Shown here piece after piece: positions 59,994 to 64,000 of a DNA stretch of 64,000 bases. This DNA is from Mycobacteriales bacterium (GTDB lineage Bacteria; Actinomycetota; Actinomycetes; JAFAQI01), in contig DATAUF010000072.1 of NCBI GenBank assembly GCA_036268405.1, forward strand, positions 508 to 64,507, given 5' to 3'. Position numbers and translations under genes: made by a program. The notes beneath the pieces are model-generated. The model was not told where the DNA came from. It saw only the letters and a list, made by a program, of their open reading frames with translations, and searched no databases. Every line of letters begins with the position of its first letter. The first letter of the stretch is position 1.

Positions 59994-60551
59994 GTGACGA
60001 TCCCAGGGCGCGGTGATCTTTCACCCCGACGCAAGCACCGCAACTGGCGACGACGCCTGTCCTTGCTGTTGGTCGTCGTGCTGCTCGGCGGTGGCGGGTA
60101 CGCCGGATACCACTTCATCCACGGTGGATCGTCGGGGCCGAAGGCCGCGCTTCCGCCTTGTCCCGCCATCACCGCGAGCCCATCGACGGCGCCGCCCGAT
60201 CGCGTCGTGGTCCGCAACGCGACCCTCAAGACCGGGCTCGCCACGCAGGTGGCGCATGCGCTGCGGACGCGTGACTTCAAGGTCGCGAGGGTCGGCAACA
60301 CCGTCTTCCGAGGCAAGGGCGTCGCGACTATCCGCTACTCGGCCGATCGGCTGACGGCCGCCGAGCGTCTTGCGGCTCAGTTCGCCGGGGCGACGCTCAC
60401 TCCGGTGGCCGGCAGCCGGGTCCTCAAGATCGACGTCGGGCCGAAGTTCCGGGCGCTCGTGCCGTTGGCGCAGGCCCAGGCGGCCGAGCGTCAGCTCGCG
60501 ACTCCGTCACCGACACCCTCGGTCTCGGTGTCGCCGACCTGCGCCCCGTGA
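59994..60551 (+). CDS. LytR_C (LytR cell-envelope-related C-terminal) domain membrane protein
   Basis: Basic N-terminus plus a TM helix, then VVVRNATLKTGLATQVAHALRTRDFKV...IRY. TAGCAT lies 8 nt upstream of the GTG. Confidence 0.7.
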   Translation: MTIPGRGDLSPRRKHRNWRRRLSLLLVVVLLGGGGYAGYHFIHGGSSGPKAALPPCPAITASPSTAPPDRVVVRNATLKTGLATQVAHALRTRDFKVARVGNTVFRGKGVATIRYSADRLTAAERLAAQFAGATLTPVAGSRVLKIDVGPKFRALVPLAQAQAAERQLATPSPTPSVSVSPTCAP

Positions 60552-60568
60552 CGTGAGTCCGAACCCTT

Positions 60569-61231
60569 ATGGTCGAGCTCGTGGCTGAGCTCAAGGCGCT
60601 GATCGTCGACTACGGCGGTGTGCTGACCTCGCCGCTGCTGGGCTCGATGAACTCCTGGGTCGACGAGGAAGGCATCGACCCGGAAGGCTTTCGGGTCGCG
60701 ATGCGGGACTGGCTCGGCACGTCGTACGGGACCGATGCCACCGACAGCCCGGTCCACGCGCTGGAGCGAGGAGAGGTCGAGGTTCCCGAGTTCGAGCAGC
60801 AGCTCGCCTCCCGGTTGACGACCGTCGACGGCCGGCCTGTCGAGGCGGCAGGGCTACTGACCAGGATGTTCGCCGGTTTCGGCTGGGAGCCGTCGATGTC
60901 AGAGGCGGTCCGCCACGCGAAGGCATCCGGACTGAAGACCGCGCTGCTGTCGAACTCCTGGGGAAACGAGTACCCCCGCGAGGGCTGGCACGAGCTGTTC
61001 GACGTGGTGGTCATCTCCGGTGAGGTCGGAATGCGCAAGCCCGAGGCGCGGATCTTCCACCTCGCTGCCGAGCGACTGGGTCTTGCGCCAGAGGCCTGCG
61101 TCTTCGTCGACGATCTTGCGCCGAACATCGTTGGCGCGAGCGAGGTCGGCATGGTCGGCGTTCACCACGTCACGGCGCAGCAGACGATCGAGGAGCTCGA
61201 AGCGCTCTTCGGGATCTCCCTGCGCGGTTGA
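60569..61231 (+). CDS. HAD-IA family hydrolase
   Basis: LIVDYGGVLT (DxGGVL), LSNS, VFVDDLAPNI. Confidence 0.8.
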   Translation: MVELVAELKALIVDYGGVLTSPLLGSMNSWVDEEGIDPEGFRVAMRDWLGTSYGTDATDSPVHALERGEVEVPEFEQQLASRLTTVDGRPVEAAGLLTRMFAGFGWEPSMSEAVRHAKASGLKTALLSNSWGNEYPREGWHELFDVVVISGEVGMRKPEARIFHLAAERLGLAPEACVFVDDLAPNIVGASEVGMVGVHHVTAQQTIEELEALFGISLRG

Positions 61232-61287
61232 GCAGTGTGTTTGACCCGGTGCGATTGAAACCCTGCTGGGGCTGGGACACTTAACAA

Positions 61288-62682
61288 GTGACCGAACGGC
61301 TTTCTGCTCTCGACGTCTCCTTTCTTTACATGGAGTCGCCGACTACAGCGATGCACGTGGGAAGCGTGGCGCGGTTCACGCCGCCAAACTCGGAACCGTT
61401 CGACTACGAGTCGTTCTGCTCGCTGGTTTCGCGCCGGATCTCGCTGGTGCCGAGATACCGGCAGAAGATCCGCTGGGTTCCCGGTCACATCGCCAACCCG
61501 ATCTGGGTCGACGACGAGGACTTCGACATCACCTACCACGTACGCCGCAGCGCGCTGCCGAAGCCCGGCGACGACGATCAGCTGCGTGCGCTGGTCGGCC
61601 GGCTGCAGGCTCGGCCGCTGGATCGTGCCCGGCCGCTGTGGGAGATCTACCTCGTTGAGGGGCTCGCGGATGGCCGGTTCGCCATCATCACGAAGACGCA
61701 TCACGCGATGGTCGACGGCATCAGCGCGGTCGACATCGGAACGGTGCTCCTCGACGTGTCACCGACGCCCGACCAGACACCGTACGAAGAGTGGCTGCCA
61801 CGCGCCGAGCCGAGCCGAGCCGGCTTGGTCCTCGGCGCGGTCGCCGACACCTTGCGGCGCCCGACCGTCGCGGTCGACACCGTGCGTTCGAGTCTGGGTG
61901 ACGCCAAAGCCGTCGCCGGTCGGACGCTCGGTGCACTCGGCGGGATTGCGTCGGTCGCCAGGACGTCGTTGCGCTCGGCGCCGGAGAGCCCGCTCAACGC
62001 GACGATCGGCGAGCAGCGACGGTTCGGGATGGCCTCGACCTCGCTCGACGACTACAAGCGGATCCGGAAGACGCACGGCGGGACGGTCAACGACGTCGTG
62101 CTGGCGACGGTGGCCGGTGCGCTGCGGGCCTGGCTGCTGACTCGTGGCGAGTCGGTCGTGCCCAGCACGACGGTTCGCGCGATGGTGCCGGTCAGTGTGC
62201 GCAACGAGAGTGAGAACGGCGCACTCGGCAACCGGGTGTCGTCGTACTTCGTCGACCTGCCAGTGGGTGAGCCGAGCTCCGTCGTCAGGCTGCACCAGGT
62301 CAGCTACGCCATGAAGGGCCACAAGGAGTCCGGCCAGTCGGTCGGCGCTGATGCGCTGGTGCGGCTCACCGGATTTGCGCCGCCGACCATCCATTCGGCG
62401 GCGGCGCGGCTCGGCGCGGGTCTGTCCCGCCGGCTGTTCAATGTGATCGTGACCAACGTGCCGGGCCCCCAGTTTCCGCTCTACGCCGCGGGTGCGCAGA
62501 TGGACGACTGCTTCCCGGTCGTGCCGCTGTCCAAGGGACAGGCGGTCTCCATCGGGCTGATGTCCTACAACGGCGGCGTCTACTACGGCATGAACTGCGA
62601 CCGCGACGCCATGCCGGACATCGACGTGCTGGCAAGTTGCATCGAGGACTCCCTGACCGAGCTTCTGGCGACCGCCAAGTGA
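61288..62682 (+). CDS. wax ester synthase/diacylglycerol acyltransferase (WS/DGAT)
   Basis: LSALDVSFLYMES and active site HHAMVDGIS. Confidence 0.9.
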   Translation: MTERLSALDVSFLYMESPTTAMHVGSVARFTPPNSEPFDYESFCSLVSRRISLVPRYRQKIRWVPGHIANPIWVDDEDFDITYHVRRSALPKPGDDDQLRALVGRLQARPLDRARPLWEIYLVEGLADGRFAIITKTHHAMVDGISAVDIGTVLLDVSPTPDQTPYEEWLPRAEPSRAGLVLGAVADTLRRPTVAVDTVRSSLGDAKAVAGRTLGALGGIASVARTSLRSAPESPLNATIGEQRRFGMASTSLDDYKRIRKTHGGTVNDVVLATVAGALRAWLLTRGESVVPSTTVRAMVPVSVRNESENGALGNRVSSYFVDLPVGEPSSVVRLHQVSYAMKGHKESGQSVGADALVRLTGFAPPTIHSAAARLGAGLSRRLFNVIVTNVPGPQFPLYAAGAQMDDCFPVVPLSKGQAVSIGLMSYNGGVYYGMNCDRDAMPDIDVLASCIEDSLTELLATAK

Positions 62683-63656
62683 GCGATTCTGCGACGCCGC
62701 GACGCGGCCTGGTGCTCGGTGGCGGCGGGGTCCTCGGCGCCGCTTGGATGATCGGTGCGCTGTCCGCGCTGCGGGATGCCCGCGACTGGGACCCTCGCGA
62801 GGCAGACGTGGTTGTCGGCACCTCAGCCGGCTCGGTCGTCGGCGCGATGCTGGCGTGCGGACTCGGGGTCGACACCCTCGTCAACCATCAGCGCGGAATC
62901 GTCGCGCCGGGTGACCCGGAGATCGGTTTCGACCCCGACACCGCGAGCGGCGGGACCTTGCCCCCGCGCCCGCAGCTGCGGTTGGGCTCGAGGGCGCTGC
63001 TCGCCAAGAGCGTCCTGCACCCGAGGCGCATGCCCATCCTCGCCGCGCTCTCCGGGCTCGCGCCGCGCGGGCGCGGCACGCTTTCGGCCGTCGGTGAGCT
63101 GGTCCATGAGGTCAACCCCGACCGGCTCTGGCCGCGGCATCCCGAGGCGTGGATGGTCGCGATGGACTACGACACCGGCAAGCGCGTGGCGTTTGGTGCG
63201 CCTGGCGCTCCGGAAGCTGACCTCGCCGACGCAGTGATGGCGTCATGTTCGATCCCGGGCTGGTTCGTGCCGGTGGAGATCGCTGGACATCGCTATATCG
63301 ATGGCGGCACGTTGTCTCCCACGTCGCTCGATCTGCTGGCCGGGCGGGGTCTCGACGAGGTCATCGTGCTCGCGCCGATGGCGTCGTTCGAGTACGACGA
63401 TCCGACCAGTCTCGTGACTCGCGTAGAGCGACGCTTTCGTCGCGCGATGACAAGGCGGATCCTTTCCGAGGCGGGCAAGGTACGTCGCTCGGGAACCGTC
63501 GTGACGATCCTCGCGCCGGGCCGGGAGGACCTCGAGGCGATCGGGATGAACCTGATGGACCACCGGCGCCGAGGCACCGTGCTCGACGTTGCGTTGCGTA
63601 CCACTGCTGAGGCGCTCGCCGACGGGACGCTGCCTCCGCTGTCCGCCGCTGGATGA
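62679..63656 (+). CDS. patatin-like phospholipase
   Basis: GLVLGGGGVLGAAW, GTSAGS (GxSxG), YIDGG. GTGA overlap with WS/DGAT. Confidence 0.85.
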   Translation: MSDSATPRRGLVLGGGGVLGAAWMIGALSALRDARDWDPREADVVVGTSAGSVVGAMLACGLGVDTLVNHQRGIVAPGDPEIGFDPDTASGGTLPPRPQLRLGSRALLAKSVLHPRRMPILAALSGLAPRGRGTLSAVGELVHEVNPDRLWPRHPEAWMVAMDYDTGKRVAFGAPGAPEADLADAVMASCSIPGWFVPVEIAGHRYIDGGTLSPTSLDLLAGRGLDEVIVLAPMASFEYDDPTSLVTRVERRFRRAMTRRILSEAGKVRRSGTVVTILAPGREDLEAIGMNLMDHRRRGTVLDVALRTTAEALADGTLPPLSAAG

Positions 63657-64000
63657 GGGTCTACGTGCCGGCGACCATCCCGCTGCTGCGGGAGTGGCTG
63701 GCATCGGGTGGCGCTCGACCTGTAGGTGCGGCGTACGGGGTTACGCCAGCGCTGCGCGAGTGGTATCGCGAAGGTGGCATCGACGAGCTCGAGCACGCGG
63801 CGTCACTGCTGGCGGCGGTTGCCTCCCTCGACCTGCTTGCCGCCGACCAGGCGGCTCCGCCCCGCCGTGTCGTGCTTGCGGTGGACGTCGACGATGCCCA
63901 GGTGTCGCCCGACGCCGATGATCGGGGCGCCCTCCGACTCCGCGATGCGATCCCGATGGCACGCTGGGCCAGCGCGCTGTTGGACGAGGTGGACGCCCAG
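63653..64000 (+). CDS. conserved hypothetical protein, 3' end outside the window
   Basis: Hand translation from the ATG at 63653 gives MRVYVPATIPLLREWLASGG..., open to the window edge. ATGA overlap with the patatin gene. Not in the ORF track because it has no stop. Confidence 0.5.
   Translation, partial: MRVYVPATIPLLREWLASGGARPVGAAYGVTPALREWYREGGIDELEHAASLLAAVASLDLLAADQAAPPRRVVLAVDVDDAQVSPDADDRGALRLRDAIPMARWASALLDEVDAQ

Overview
Gene-dense, very high-G+C segment that reads as chromosomal core DNA of an Actinomycetota genome. I call about 64 CDS and saw no rRNA, tRNA, IS/transposase, integrase, prophage or CRISPR signal. All calls rest on reading the supplied translations for family motifs and on remembered synteny; no search or computation was run. 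Gene order is collinear with the Mycobacterium tuberculosis Rv3281-to-Rv3235 region, in three runs: (1) accE/accD5 - birA - bPH membrane protein - purK/purE; (2) GDP-mannose pyrophosphorylase - fbiB/fbiA - whiB2-type gene - DUF3499 - pmm - SIS isomerase - sahH; (3) mtrA/mtrB/lpqB - comF - hpf - secA - Rv3235 family. Lineage-specific blocks are inserted into this backbone: a leucine/ketone-body catabolic cluster (HMG-CoA lyase, carboxyltransferase, acyl-CoA dehydrogenase, acetoacetyl-CoA synthetase); a menaquinone cluster (menF, menD, menC, menA, menE); UDP-glucose dehydrogenase; ferrochelatase; a Ca2+/H+ exchanger; and a WS/DGAT-patatin lipid module. Many neighbouring genes share 4-nt ATGA/GTGA stop/start overlaps, which suggests translationally coupled operons. 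The candidates I consider most worth follow-up for undescribed biology are: (a) a GT2-polytopic-membrane fusion protein coupled to a three-repeat anchored protein, sitting inside the mannose-activation neighbourhood (33.2-37.8 kb); (b) an acidic coiled-coil protein with a histone-H1-like basic tail just upstream of whiB (31.1-32.7 kb); (c) the block after secA (54.5-58.7 kb), with two tandem Rv3235-family paralogs, an internally duplicated protein, an HTH gene, a SAF/CpaB-like protein and a lysine-less TadZ/Ssd-like P-loop protein, but no secretion ATPase, platform or pilin genes; (d) an FbiB/CofE that lacks a full-size C-terminal nitroreductase domain; (e) a perfect 25-bp tandem duplication of the pmm 3' end whose repeat unit can pair with the start codon of the next gene. 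The long ORFs antisense to real genes look like ordinary high-GC artefacts and were rejected.
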